Positions 14,078 to 26,759 of a DNA stretch of 64,000 nucleotides are shown here, in pieces. A program made the translations under genes and the position numbers. This DNA comes from Eledone cirrhosa. Its lineage: Eukaryota. The notes under the pieces are model-generated. The model was given only the letters and a program-made list of their open reading frames with translations, did not search any database and was not told the origin of the DNA. Each line of letters begins with the position of its first letter. Positions within the stretch are counted from its first letter, which is position 1. The stretch lies in assembly GCA_964016885.1 (NCBI GenBank), contig OZ024742.1, forward strand, positions 110,856,001 through 110,920,000, read 5' to 3'.

Positions 14078-14259
14078 TTCCCTTGCTTTTATCGAGAATC
14101 TAATTGTAATACGTGACGTATTCTATTCTATAGCGATTAGGTCTTCAAAATGTTTATTATAAACATACAGAATATTTTCGAATATTCTATGTCTATATTC
14201 ACATATATATCGCTATTTCAGAGCATTTATTCCAATTTCATATATATATATATTTATAT

Positions 14260-14560
14260 ATATTTTTATGTGTGTGTATTTGGTGTATACGTTCGTATGT
14301 GTGCGGGTACAGGCGTTGCGTGGGTTATGTATGTGCGTGCGTGTTTTCTTTTGTATGTGCTTGTATTTGCATACCCATGGCGAGTGTTTTCGCGTATACT
14401 TGTGTATGTACGTATATGGATACGTGTATGTATAATTTTAGTTTCAATTATCTCTGTATTTTCTTTACTTCATTCTTAACTCTGAAGCCGAGAATAATTC
14501 GGTTTCCTAAATAGAATAATAATCTACGACTTCATTTATACCATAAACGTGGTTTTGTCA
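14260..14560 (+). repeat. Further copy of the 3' UTR of the 10778-12912 PLE family
   Basis: Reverse-complement homolog of about 11250-11545. Confidence 0.75.
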
Positions 14561-14586
14561 AAACGACCAAATGTTATCTCGACCAG

Positions 14587-14782
14587 GGGGAGATTAATAA
14601 TAATAAAGTATATATACCTACACGCAAAATACATATAGGGACACATGTATTATCCAACCATATGCCAATGTGGTTCTATGGCAGGTTAATAAATTACACA
14701 TTGCCATATGGTTGGATAATACATGTGTCCCTATATGTATTTTGCGTGTAGGGATATATACTTTATTATTGTTAATCTCCCC
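14587..14782. repeat. Inverted repeat (about 85-bp arms) at the 5' junction of the Naiad ORF
   Basis: GGGGAGATTAA...CAATGTG pairs with CACATTG...TTAATCTCCCC, with few mismatches. Confidence 0.85.
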
Positions 14783-14865
14783 ATGACAGATATTGCGACA
14801 ACCAAGACTTCGGCACCAAGGAGAGATTCGGATTTATTACCTACAAATCTCCGCCCCTGAACCCC

Positions 14866-16794
14866 TTGCTCGCACCCTTCGAGAATGACCTCTTCCAACT
14901 GGTCAAGAACATTAAATTTAAACCCAGACACAACCGATTCCTACAAAAACTCCGTAGCAACTTAACAGAGTATGATAACACAAATGACATCATGGTGCAT
15001 TCGGATAAAACTGGGAACCTATACTTTGTCAACCCTGACAGATACCACACACTGATCAGGAGCAGCCTAAACTCCACCTATAAAAAGGCCAACCACTCTT
15101 GCATCGAGGACATAAATCGAGATGGACAACAAATCACCTCCAGCCTCGGGGTCGCCGACCGCACGGAACCTCTAGACCCACGGACACCATACTTCACACT
15201 GAAGGACCATAAATCCGATTTTGACCGTAAACCCTCTATCAGGCTTATTAACCCAACGAAGTCCGACATAGGGAGAATCAGCAAAAAAATCCTAGACCGC
15301 GTGATACCAAAAGTCAAGCAACACACCCGACTTAGCCTATGGATCAACACCCAGGAAGTAATCTCCTGGTTCAGCAATATGGAGGATAAACGAGAAACTA
15401 AATTCATACAGTTCGACATAGAGAGCTACTATGCTTCAATCACCTTACCGCTACTTACTGCCGCCTTGGACTTCGCCGAAACACTCGTGCCCATCACCGA
15501 CCAGGAAAGAAAAATCATCCTCCACGCCAGGAAGACAGTCTTACTCTTTGACGACTCTAAATGGATAAAAAGAGCTCCCGACTCACCCTTCGACGTCAGC
15601 ATGGGCGCCACGGATTCGGCGGAGGTCACTGATCTTATAGGATTATTCCTAATAGCCAAACTCACTGATATGTTTCCTGCATTCGGTGGTGGATTGTACC
15701 GTGATGATGGGCTCCTTACCCTTAAAGGGTACAACCCCAGTAGTACAGATCGGGTCCGGAAACAATTAATCAGATTCTTCCGCGACTGGGGATTTAAAAT
15801 AACCCTACAAACGTCCCTGACCCGAGTAAACTTCCTGGACGTAACCCTCGACCTCGAAAACGACCTGTACTACCCATACAGGAAACCTAATAACAATCTG
15901 CACTACATCCACCGCCGATCAAACAATCCTAGGAACATCACAAACAACCTGGTCAAAAACATCTCCCTCCGCATATCCCGTTTGTCAGCTAATGAGCGGA
16001 TATTCGATGAACATGCGCCTTATTACAACCAGGCCCTCAAGCGGAGTGGTTTCCGGGAGGAAATATCCTACTGTCCAGCTCCCATTAGCGGAACCAGCAG
16101 GAGACACCGCCGCTCACGCAATGTAACATGGTTCAATCCTCCCCACAACGCAGAGGTGACTACTCCCATCGGGAAACTATTCTTTAGGCTCATTGAAAAA
16201 CACTTTCCATTACAACACCGCTACCACAACATAATTAACAAAAATACCATCAAACTCTCTTACAGCACTACACCAAACTTCGCACAAAACATCGTCTCCT
16301 CTAACAACAAAAAACTCAACCCCGATGGCAGAAATAACCTAAATAGCAGTGGAGAACCGACCAGGAGGTGTAACTGCCCGGATAGATCTATTTGCCCACT
16401 CGACAATAGATGCAGAGACCGTAATGTGATCTACCAGTGCAACGTGAGGACGGATACTTCCAACAAAGCCTATATAGGACTTACCGCATGTGACTTCAAG
16501 ACCCGGCTATACCAACATAGACATACCTTCCGAAACCCGGCCCGGCGTCACGCCACTACACTTTCGGGCCACATATGGGACCTCAAGGACAACAACATCA
16601 CCTATGATCTCACTTGGAGATTACTGTCCAGAGCCAATTCTTACACGGGAGGACGCCGTCCGTGCAATTTATGCTCGGAGGAAACTTTACAAATGCTGTT
16701 TTCGACGGACCAACTCCTAAACAAGAAAGATGAACTGGTTACTGCATGTAAACATAGATTGCGTAGGACTTACCTCGCCCTCAAACCCCTATAA
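14866..16794 (+). CDS. PLE polyprotein: reverse transcriptase plus CxC-x5-C-x5-C linker plus GIY-YIG endonuclease
   Basis: Motifs TLKDHK, RLINP, QFDIESYY, FDVSMGA, GLYRDDGL, VNFLDV, WFNPP, CNCPDRSICPLDNRC, VIY..YIG..FKTRLYQH, CNLCSEE, ACKH. The frame stays open upstream to about 14780 (ERFGFITYKSPP) with no ATG, so the ORF is 5'-truncated. Confidence 0.93.
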   Translation: MLAPFENDLFQLVKNIKFKPRHNRFLQKLRSNLTEYDNTNDIMVHSDKTGNLYFVNPDRYHTLIRSSLNSTYKKANHSCIEDINRDGQQITSSLGVADRTEPLDPRTPYFTLKDHKSDFDRKPSIRLINPTKSDIGRISKKILDRVIPKVKQHTRLSLWINTQEVISWFSNMEDKRETKFIQFDIESYYASITLPLLTAALDFAETLVPITDQERKIILHARKTVLLFDDSKWIKRAPDSPFDVSMGATDSAEVTDLIGLFLIAKLTDMFPAFGGGLYRDDGLLTLKGYNPSSTDRVRKQLIRFFRDWGFKITLQTSLTRVNFLDVTLDLENDLYYPYRKPNNNLHYIHRRSNNPRNITNNLVKNISLRISRLSANERIFDEHAPYYNQALKRSGFREEISYCPAPISGTSRRHRRSRNVTWFNPPHNAEVTTPIGKLFFRLIEKHFPLQHRYHNIINKNTIKLSYSTTPNFAQNIVSSNNKKLNPDGRNNLNSSGEPTRRCNCPDRSICPLDNRCRDRNVIYQCNVRTDTSNKAYIGLTACDFKTRLYQHRHTFRNPARRHATTLSGHIWDLKDNNITYDLTWRLLSRANSYTGGRRPCNLCSEETLQMLFSTDQLLNKKDELVTACKHRLRRTYLALKPL

Positions 16795-17920
16795 TGACCC
16801 GGGGGGGGGGGGGTAGACTAGGGCTATAACACCCCACTTGCCGATTTTGCAATGGGTAACCCCTGCTTGCCAAGGAAGACGTAAGATCTTCTTTGTATTC
16901 TTTTATCGCTTCCTTTAATTCCTTCCCCCCTCTCTCCTTTGTCCTTCTACCCCAGCTCTTCTCCTTTGTCGGCGTCTTTTCTCGCCCACCCGAGGCTGCC
17001 CTTTGGCCCCATGTAGCCTTAGTACCCCCCCCCTCCCCTAGTCTATGATAGATTTGGCGGACTCCGCCCTTTATAGCAGTTGGCTTAGACCCCGGATACT
17101 TGCCCCCTTTTTTCCGACCGCTCCCACTATTCTCTGTGCCCTCTATATTTCTTAGTGGCACTTATGCCTTATTTTTTCGTTTCAGTATTTCTTGCTTCGC
17201 TTTTCTTCTGGGCGGGGTGGATTCTGAATTTATTTCTCCGTATTCTACCTTTATTTCGTACGAACTTTCATGTAGCTTGTTTTAGATCTTTTAGAGTTAG
17301 CATTAGTATATATTTTTCTCGGGACTCAGAATTATTATCTCGTACAAGTTCACTTTGCTGCACTGGGTCGTTGCTGGCCCGGGATGGAAACCTTTATTGT
17401 TTATTTCGTGGTAGTCTCTTTAGTATTTTGGCCCCTTTTGTTGACCCGTCACCGTATCATTTACGTACTTATACCTCTTAAAAGGGTCCTTGCCTTATCC
17501 GTCCCACCTAGTTCTTTTACTTATTTCCTTATTTATTTATTTATTTATTTATTTACTTCTTTCTTTCTTTCTTTATTTTATTCTCGCCTAACAATAGCCT
17601 GACACCTAGGTCGTAGAATTTAATTTACTTTACTTTTTTCTTTACACTTATTTGCTTTTCTTCACTCTCAGTATTTTTTCTTTCCTATTTCTACCCCCCA
17701 TTGTTCTACCTACCGTTCCGACTTCCTCCCCCTCCCCCTCCCCTGTATCTTCTTTGACCTCATGCCCAGCTGTAGCTGGCACTACCAACGCTTGATTGGG
17801 TCTACTCCACCCCCTCCCCTCTTTCTCCTACTGGCAGGTTTAGCCACCATCTCCCCTACTAATTTGCAACCACAGAATTACTACTGATTTTTGACAATCA
17901 CTTTGACCATATATGGAATT

Positions 17921-18014
17921 ACCCCTTGAGAAGATCGGCTATTTAAATACCAGGATAAATTTTCATTTAGTCCAGAATTAGCCGTCGAAACGGCTTGAGC
18001 TCAGCTGTCGGGGT
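17921..18014 (+). ncRNA. Hammerhead ribozyme with U3:A8 core (TTGAGAA) in the PLE 3' end
   Basis: Stem I ACCCC/GGGGT, core TTGAGAA 17926-17932, stem II GA(T)CGGCTA/TAGCCGTC with a large loop, GAAA 17987-17990, stem III ACGGCT/AGCTGT, GUC triplet with cleavage after C18009. Confidence 0.85.
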
Positions 18015-18106
18015 CTTACTGGTTCCTATTACCCACTCTACTACCTCAAGTATTGAGTACTTTGGTGCGTTATGGTCCACCTGGTTCCTTACCACATTTC
18101 CTTCGT

Positions 18107-18161
<55 letters not shown>

Positions 18162-21107
18162 TGAGATAAGAATGATTTATGAATACAGACTAAAATAATT
18201 ACCCCTTTGATTACGCCGCATATGGCATAATATATATCTTCATGTTTAAACATTTACTTTGTCCTACTCTGAACGTTGGTTTTCTATGAAACCTCCAAGA
18301 TAACACGATCACGTCATTTGGAACATTTTTATTTAAAAGGAAGATATAATAGAATTCATCAAATTTGCTATGCTGAAAATGGTAATTGCATTCAAATGGT
18401 TGTTCGGTATTGATGATTAAAAAGTAAATGGATGAGGCCCAGTATATGTGTAAACATTTTATATCATACTATAAACTAGTCTTTGTGTTTGTTGCCAGAT
18501 CACGAAATGTAACATAATAGGATATATTTGAATTATTCTAAAATATAGTTAGTAGAGCGAGGAATTCAATCTTTAATTTAATTGTCACAACGCATACAAA
18601 ATAATACGTCGCTATCATTATTAATTCGCCCCTTTATTTATAGGGAGAGATAAACGGTTCGATGATATGATAGATTATTCCCCATGTTGGTTGAAACTGA
18701 GACAGTCAGTCTGGTGTCTGAGTATACAAACGTGCGGCTTATCTAATCATTAAGGTGACATTTATATATTTAAGCACGATAGCTTCATACCTTTAACGTT
18801 TCAATGACATGCAACAATTTTATTTCACTTTGCGTCTACAGTAGTTTACAATATATTATTTGCATTGTTTCACACGGCAATATTTCCGACTCTTTTAAGA
18901 AATAAAGGCGTGACTTAGGAAATAATTTTGCCCATTTACGTCAGTCTGTATTTCGTCATTTACATATACAAAGCTACTATCAATAGCAATGTAAATATCA
19001 GTTATTCAGTTGTGGGCATTTGGGTTGATAATTATAACTTTTGCTCCTTTCATATATTATTATTATTAACAATATTATTATTATTGCTGTTGTTGTTAGA
19101 AGCAGCATTGTTTGATTTGAGCGTGGTGCAAAAAGCCTTAGACTACTTATTATGGCCGTTTACGCCCTGAGCCAATGCCGAACTCAGCTGTTGCCTTTCA
19201 TCTTTCCACCACCGATTAACTAAATTTCCAGACAGCTAGTGGGATTCGATTTAATTGACTTTCGCATACACTAAATCTCTAGCCGTGTGCGTAAAGTGGA
19301 TAACATTATTATCAATAGCAATAAATAAATAAAATGACAAAACAAAAACAAAAATAAAGAAATTATAATTATTAATACTAATATACTTAAATTCTGTGCA
19401 TTGATTAGTTTCTTCTAAAGGGATTTGTATCCAGGGTCTATGAACAATTTTCAACTGTTTGAACCTAACTGCATAACAAGTTGGCAGAGAATCTAAGGCA
19501 ATGATTCTCAGGCAGGTATAAAAGTAGCCTTCGAGGCATGGACAGAAATTTAACGACAGTGGGTATATATATATATATATCACACCTGATTGAATATTTT
19601 ATAATACGCAATGTTTATTAAAAACTATATTAAATCACACCACCTTCTGCTAAGATGGTTATACATATACTACGGAACTATAAAAATGGTATAGCAAAAG
19701 CAGAACGCTTGTCCTATATACTATTATATTACAGGTGTATATGAAGGCAAATATGATATGTACATCAACAGTAAACATACAGGCATCTCGCCATCCCGAT
19801 TTTAAGCCATGAGCATATAAATTATCTCAGTAGCCGGTGAGAATATCAGTCACGTGTTTCTGGATTTTAAACGTCACCGGCGGCATTTATTCTCGATACT
19901 GAGACAAAAATAAGCTAAAGTTTATATGTTTTTTTTTTATTTTTGATATTATTATACTGTTTTATATGTTTGCGTGGGAGTAGGGAAAAAATGTGAATTA
20001 CATGAAAATGGTGTGATAAATTATAGAATGTCCCAGAATCAATGCTCTCGAGGCATGGTTCTGTACACCTGAGGCAAATAGACATGTCACCGATACGTAC
20101 ATATTGCAGAATCGTGACTGTATGCTGTCGATTAGTGATCGTGTATTGGTGATTTGTGGATGTATGTTGAGTAAATATTATCATGTGAGGTATATTAGCC
20201 AGATTAATTAAATGTGACGTTCTACTAACTACCTTTCTTTGGCAAACCTCCTTTACCGGATGAATACGGTGATGACAGATGTTCTCCACCCAGGTCGATT
20301 CCTTTCCAGCATCTTCAAGGGAATACTTGAAGTGAAAGAAAGTGCAGAGTGGCAAATATTGCTTTTCAGTGAAGGTTGTTTGAACGTGGTTAAATGGGCC
20401 TAGTTTTTTCCCTCTCTATCTGTCTTTTAATCTCACTGCTTTATTCAACATAAACCCGCACCATTCTTATTGTCTCATATCTTGCTTTTGAAAACTTTCC
20501 AAGCTTTCTCTGTTCTGGTCAGCATTAAGTATTGTTATTGTCAAATTTGCCTTTCATCATTTTTATGTCAGTCAGCTAACATGGCAGTCAAGTACTGTTG
20601 TCATTTTAATCGATTGGCCACTCTCCTCAAATCTTTGGCCTTGGGAGTATTTTAAAAACAATTATTAGCATTATTATTATTAAAGATAAAAAACCTACAA
20701 TTATTATTAAATAAAAAGAAATAATAATTATTATTGGATCGTGAAGTCATTCTATTGTGACCGAGTAAGTTTATTGTTTTAACGTATTTAAAATGTGCGC
20801 AGACTAATGACAGTTCTGTACACACTCGTTTAGTGCTTTGCTAACTTGGGGAGTTTCATCGAACATCTATTGTCACGCTTAAGATCTCTTCCTCGCCGCC
20901 TTTTGGCCAGGGTGGACAAGCAATTTTCTTCTGTCTTGTGGTTGTTGGAAAAGAGTTATTTCAATTTTTTGTTATTTTGTTATCTCTTTTCTTTGTTTAC
21001 TCGATTAGTTATATGTAAACCCACTGTCCTTCTCTATTTGTATTGTTCCTTGCTTTTCGGTTCCAGCTATCAATAAAGAAAGAATTAATGTTTTTATATC
21101 CTACTAT

Positions 21108-21325
21108 TAGGGCGGTGGATTAGTGGTATCTGTAGAGCGTCGGACACCATGCTTCACAATATAGAGTTGCATCCCTTTACATACTGATTTCAAATCCCGT
21201 CGGGGTTAGCTTTGGCTTTCATCCTTACTGGGTCGATAAAATAAAGTACCACTAACACTGGGGTCGATTTAATCGACTTCTCTAACCCCAAAATTTCTGG
21301 CCTTGTGCCTAGAGTAGTAACAGTT
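21108..21325 (+). mobile_element. Octopus-type SINE
   Basis: Conserved CTTTCATCCTT..GGGTCGATAAAATAAAGTACC and GGCCTTGTGCC blocks are shared with 22820-23070 (-), 26760-26950 (-) and 52600-52830 (+). Confidence 0.75.
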
Positions 21326-21328
21326 ATT

Positions 21329-21377
<49 letters not shown>

Positions 21378-21442
21378 GTTCCTCCTCCTCCTCCTCCTCC
21401 ACATCCCCCTCCTCCTCCTCGTCCTCCTCCTCCTCCTCCTCT

Positions 21443-21519
<77 letters not shown>

Positions 21520-22167
21520 GCACTCGGTAAGACTGCAGCGTATCTCATAAGTGCCGTCGACGATACATGGTTTTGTTTTAACTAAAAAAAACTTCAGACA
21601 TTTCAGGGGAAAATAGTGTTTAAAACTTCTCTGTATCGCACGCAATTACAGGAATGACAGTTATTCTCCTGTCGTCTGCAGCTAGTGGTCAAATATTTCT
21701 ATTTATAATGCCAATAAGTTTGATGTTTGTAGAGAGAGGAATGGTAGAAGTTAATGAGGAGAGCATGGTATCATGAACGCTAAACATGATATCGGTCTTG
21801 GGGCCTTTGCTTGGTGAAGCAATAAAGTGAATTTATCCAAACATTTTTCAAAGAAATAAAATAGCTAATGCGTTGCTGTTAACTATGACAATATTTCTAT
21901 ATTGTTAGGTAGCATTAATGTGCAACACGGAGCAAGAACCAACAACGAAAACAATATGAACAACAATAAAGAATCTAACGCCAAAAATTAGCAGCTGAAT
22001 CAATGCATTGTTAAACATAAGACAGGAAGATAATACAATGAAAGGTCCATCTATCCATACGACTCTTGATAGACCCAAAGGGACGCCGCCATGATATGCG
22101 TGTCCTGTGCAGTTAATCCTGTCGAAGCTCATTTCTCTCAAAGTGTGAACACAAAAGATGTCTAAGA

Positions 22168-22249
<82 letters not shown>

Positions 22250-22610
22250 TGTGTGTGTATGAGAGAATGATATATATATGGAGAAATAGGATTTAGCTTT
22301 AGGCATAGCTGTATACAAATATGTATAGAAATTTCGGAAGCCGCAGTTATGTAAACATCTCGAAATTTCGGAAGCCGCAGTTATGTAAACATCTCGTGAT
22401 GTCCAGAATTTCAGTGCATTTCAGACTTGACTGGTCTTACTGAGGACGGTCCTCCCAACGCTTCCAACTGCTGGACTTGAGAACAGTCGAGAACATATAG
22501 TTTTCTCGTCTGCGTAAATGGGGTGATTAATCTCATTTACATATGAAGCTGCATAAGGTGGCTCAACTTATAATAGAATAGAAATAGGATTCAGCTTCAG
22601 GCATAGATGT

Positions 22611-22670
<60 letters not shown>

Positions 22671-22725
22671 ATATATATATATACATTTATTAAAATAACA
22701 GATTAGTCTTCACATTTATTATTAC

Positions 22726-22819
<94 letters not shown>

Positions 22820-22821
<2 letters not shown>

Positions 22822-23070
22822 TGGTCTACTACTGGATTAGTAATTTATTTAATGACTTTGAAATGATGAAAGGCAAAGTTAACCTCCGCGGGATTGGAGT
22901 CCGGAGCGTAAAATCCACTGTCCTACCGATCCTACGAATTGGCTGCCTCGTAATGGAAGATAATTGTTTCTACTTTTTGGTAGAATGCCTGCAAATATCC
23001 CAGTGCATTACTGGTACTTTATTTTATCGACCCCGTAAGGATGAAAGGCAAAGTTAACCTTGGCAGGATT
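22820..23070 (-). mobile_element. SINE fragments (two partial copies)
   Basis: GGTACTTTATTTTATCGACCCCGTAAGGATGAAAGGCAAAG block. Confidence 0.7.
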
Positions 23071-24284
23071 TGGAAGATAATACGGAGTAAAAACAGTGAC
23101 AAAAATTTTGAGATGTCAGCGAATGTCGAACGAACCAAATAACACAATTTCCATAAACAAGAAAACAAAAAAAAAAAATCATTTTAATATTTGGGTTATT
23201 TTAGTAGTTATTTGATGCGTTGGGGGTGGTATGTATCTTGATATACGAGTACTACGCATTTCAGTGGTTAGTTGAATATTTGAGTTGAAAGTAATTTAGT
23301 ATTTAATTTGTGTTTTCAGAAACTTGTTAGTATTTGACTAGTATGGACCTTAGTATTAGAGTGTTCGTTATTCTAGCATTTCAAGGGTCCGCATTTTAAC
23401 ATTTAAGTACCCATCTTCGTATTGGAGTGGTATTTATCGTTACGTTGGAGTAGAATATATTTTAGTATATGCTATTTGGTTTTGAAGTGTTACTTATCTT
23501 GGTATTTGTCCGTTGATTGTTTTATTGACAATGATATCAAAGTGAAACCTGATGAGATTTAACCTAAGAACGTCGAGGGATATAACTAAATAGCGCAAAT
23601 AATTTAATCCGTCATTCTTCTGTTTTCTCTATTATTCTGTCGTCAATGGTTAACATCTTAGAAAATAGTTATAGGCGTTATTATACGTATTATGTAGTTA
23701 GTGTGAATGAAACACTAATAGTGTAGGCGACAATGGCATGCAAGAATTATGCTTGATAATGAGAGTTAAACAAAAAACGACTATTCTTTCTGTAGTATAT
23801 CTGGTTAGAAAGTGAGAAACATGTATGGCGGACATGGAGAAAGAGGGAGAAAGTGGGATGAATATGAAAAATGATAGAAGTAACTTTGGAAAAGTGAAAT
23901 TGAGAGAAAACGTTTGTTTTTGAGAAAGAAATGCAGTAGAAATCTGAGAAAGGGAGAAATCGAATAGGATGTTGTAAGCGCGTGCGTTTCAGTGTGTGTG
24001 TGTGTGAGAAAGAGAAAAAGAGGGAAGGAGGGAGAAAGAGAGGGTAATAGAGAAATGAAAGAGAATTTCATGCTAGAAAGAATGAACGAGTGGTGGAAGA
24101 AATGATAAAAAAGGAGGGATAGTTATATATAGTGACAGTAAGAAAGATAGAGCTGCAGAGGAATGAAGGGGAATTGAATGCGAGAAAGAAGGAGAGAACG
24201 AAAGAAAGATGAAAATAGAAACATACATACATACATGTTTTAATTATATATATATATATATACAGACACACACACATACACACG

Positions 24285-24320
<36 letters not shown>

Positions 24321-24812
24321 CATAGAGAGAGAGAGAAAGGGTGAGAAAAATGGAGGAACAGAGAAAGAGATAGAAAGATAGATTGATCGTCGCTAGATAG
24401 ATGGATAGATAGAAAGGGCCTTAGTGAATATTGTATCTAGTTGGTAGTCCGATAGCAAACACAAAACATTTCATTGAAGGAGTTTTGTTTAGTTAGAGGT
24501 AATCCCATCATTTATGCAGATGTATGAGCTTTTTCCATCAATAGAATTATATAAAGGTTTTTGTTCCACGTTAAGATAGTAGTTACTTAAAACTGAAGCG
24601 TCTATTGATTTTGGCGTTCTTCACCAAAACCAAAAGAAAACAATTATAACAAAAAAAAAAAAAAAAAAGTAAGGTAATCATTTATTCAACACACGATAAG
24701 CTGCAATACTGATATTCATTTATATGTATTTACAGGTCCATAATAGGATATCACGTTTGTAAAAGGCAATGCTGTTACCTTAAAGAAGTAGCTCTATTCT
24801 TTTTTTTTTCAC

Positions 24813-24874
<62 letters not shown>

Positions 24875-26391
24875 GCAGCTGCTGCTGTTACTGCAGCTGC
24901 TGCTGCTACTGCTACGACTATGGTGCTGGTGCTGGTGGTAGAGATGGTAGAGATGTCGCTGTTGCAGGAATGATGTAGCGCGACCTTCGACAGACATCTG
25001 AACTTCTACTTTCCTATTACATTATCCCTTCCATAGAACATTAGAAATAATCAAATACATATTATTATGGTAATAACAGGGTCAAGATGCTGTTGGTCAA
25101 GACACGAATGCCTTCATTTATACTTCTCCCGAAGCATGCCGGTTTTGAGACTAAAACACAACAATATCAGGATTGTCAGTTGAAGGAGAAATTTGGATTG
25201 TATGTTGAATTCAAAAAGTATGAAGTAAAATTTGAAAGGAAATTAGGAGAGTAAAAGTAAGAAGTAAAATTTGTATTGTATAAACTATGATGTTCCGCTC
25301 TAAAATGTTTAATTCATGCTTCTACATTAAAGATATATATATATATATATAGTGATTGTATATATTTACGAATGGGAAAATGTTTGTAAAGTAACGTTAA
25401 ATTTAAAAGAAGTGTTTTGTTAAGTGATGTGTACAGAGATTTGTAGATGACGATTTGTAGATGACTAAAACATCGGTGCTGTTTATGCTAAATCGTTATA
25501 AATAGCAAACTAAATACGGCTGGTTGACCTTAGCTTCACAATCATTAGGTTTCGCATATGATACCAATGTGTAGTTTCTTAGGTAATTGAAATAGGGTAA
25601 AGGGAAACTGCTTTGACGCCTTTTAAAAGTATTGTATCTGTAAACTAAAGTACAAGCCCAATCACACAGCGTTATACTGAAACTCGGTGAAATTCTCAAC
25701 TATTTGCATGTCCTTTCCCTTATAGGGCGTTGTGTTGTACGAAAAAGCGCAACACTTGTCGAAAATAATAAAGATGCATTTACTTTACCTTTTAAGAAGA
25801 GCTTAAATATATGATTTACGTTAATAACTTCCATCCCACTACATGTGTATTTGTGCGTTAGTAAATTTTCTGTATCCTCCCTCTTTCACATGCATACACT
25901 GACACACACACACATGCACACACCCACACACATACACACACACACATATATACACACACACACACGCAATCTCCCTTATCTGGAAATAAATATTGCTCAT
26001 CTGACACAACTATCTAAATAATATAAAGTGTGTGTGTTTGTCTGTATGTGTGTGTGCGCGCGTGCGTACGCGGTGTGTGTGTGCGAACGCGGTGTGTGTG
26101 TGTGTGTGTGGTGTATGTGTGAACCTTGTAAACCCTAATGTAAAAGACCAGAGTTTTTTCAGAAATACATTTGTGATGTTTTATAACATACCTATTATTA
26201 CTATTTTTCTATGAGACGTTATGCTAAACAGCATTAAAGTAAAAAAGTCAATTTATAAAACCAAATGACAACATTTGATTTCGTTCTTTTCCAGGATCAA
26301 AAAAACTTCCATTCACTTACCTAGTTTTTTATTTTTTTACAGATCTTTGTGCCTGCATCATTCTACATCACGAAGATACGGAGGTGTAGAT

Positions 26392-26468
26392 ATATTACTA
26401 GTGTAGTTCATATACATATATATATATATATATAATATATATATATATGTATATGAACGACACTAGTA

Positions 26469-26472
<4 letters not shown>
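26392..26472. repeat. Short palindrome around a (TA)n core
   Basis: ATATTACTAGTGTAGTTCATATAC pairs with GTATATGAACGACACTAGTAATAT. Confidence 0.7.
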
Positions 26473-26499
<27 letters not shown>

Positions 26500-26564
26500 T
26501 TAAGTAATTCCGTCGGAAAGGTCCAGGAAAAAAGAGTGCTCTATGTAGGTTACAGAGCTTAATA

Positions 26565-26642
<78 letters not shown>

Positions 26643-26645
26643 TAT

Positions 26646-26687
<42 letters not shown>

Positions 26688-26759
26688 TATACATCTAACT
26701 ACTTTTAATGAGAAAACATTAATTGTAATTACCAGCAATTACCCATTAACGAGAAAAAA

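Larger units (their letters stand above)
13381..14238. repeat. 310-nt HHR unit: one minus-strand copy (13381-13711) head-to-head with about 1.7 plus-strand tandem copies; retrozyme-like
   Basis: TAGACATAGAATATTCG at 13381 and 13691, CTGATGA at 13731 and 14041 (period 310). Copies appear identical, with (TA)n on both flanks. Confidence 0.92.
14783..18107 (+). mobile_element. Penelope-like retroelement (Naiad-type), 5'-truncated, with a 1.3-kb 3' UTR, an HHR and a (TA)n 3' junction
   Basis: RT-GIY-YIG ORF, 3' hammerhead at 17921-18014, and terminus TTCCTTCGTTATATA matched by the solo copy at 28772. Confidence 0.9.

Noticed and set aside
15078-15734. Antisense ORFs within the PLE (and similar ones in the Helitron)
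   Set aside because: These are shadows of the sense-strand reading frame.
14866-17900. Selenoprotein-encoding Naiad (in-frame UGA plus SECIS), as reported for some Naiads
   Set aside because: The visible ORF has no in-frame TGA and the conserved Cys positions are ordinary Cys codons. No SECIS was recognised.
19915-20355. 146-aa minus-strand ORF as a possible host exon
   Set aside because: No recognisable domain and no supporting exon structure.
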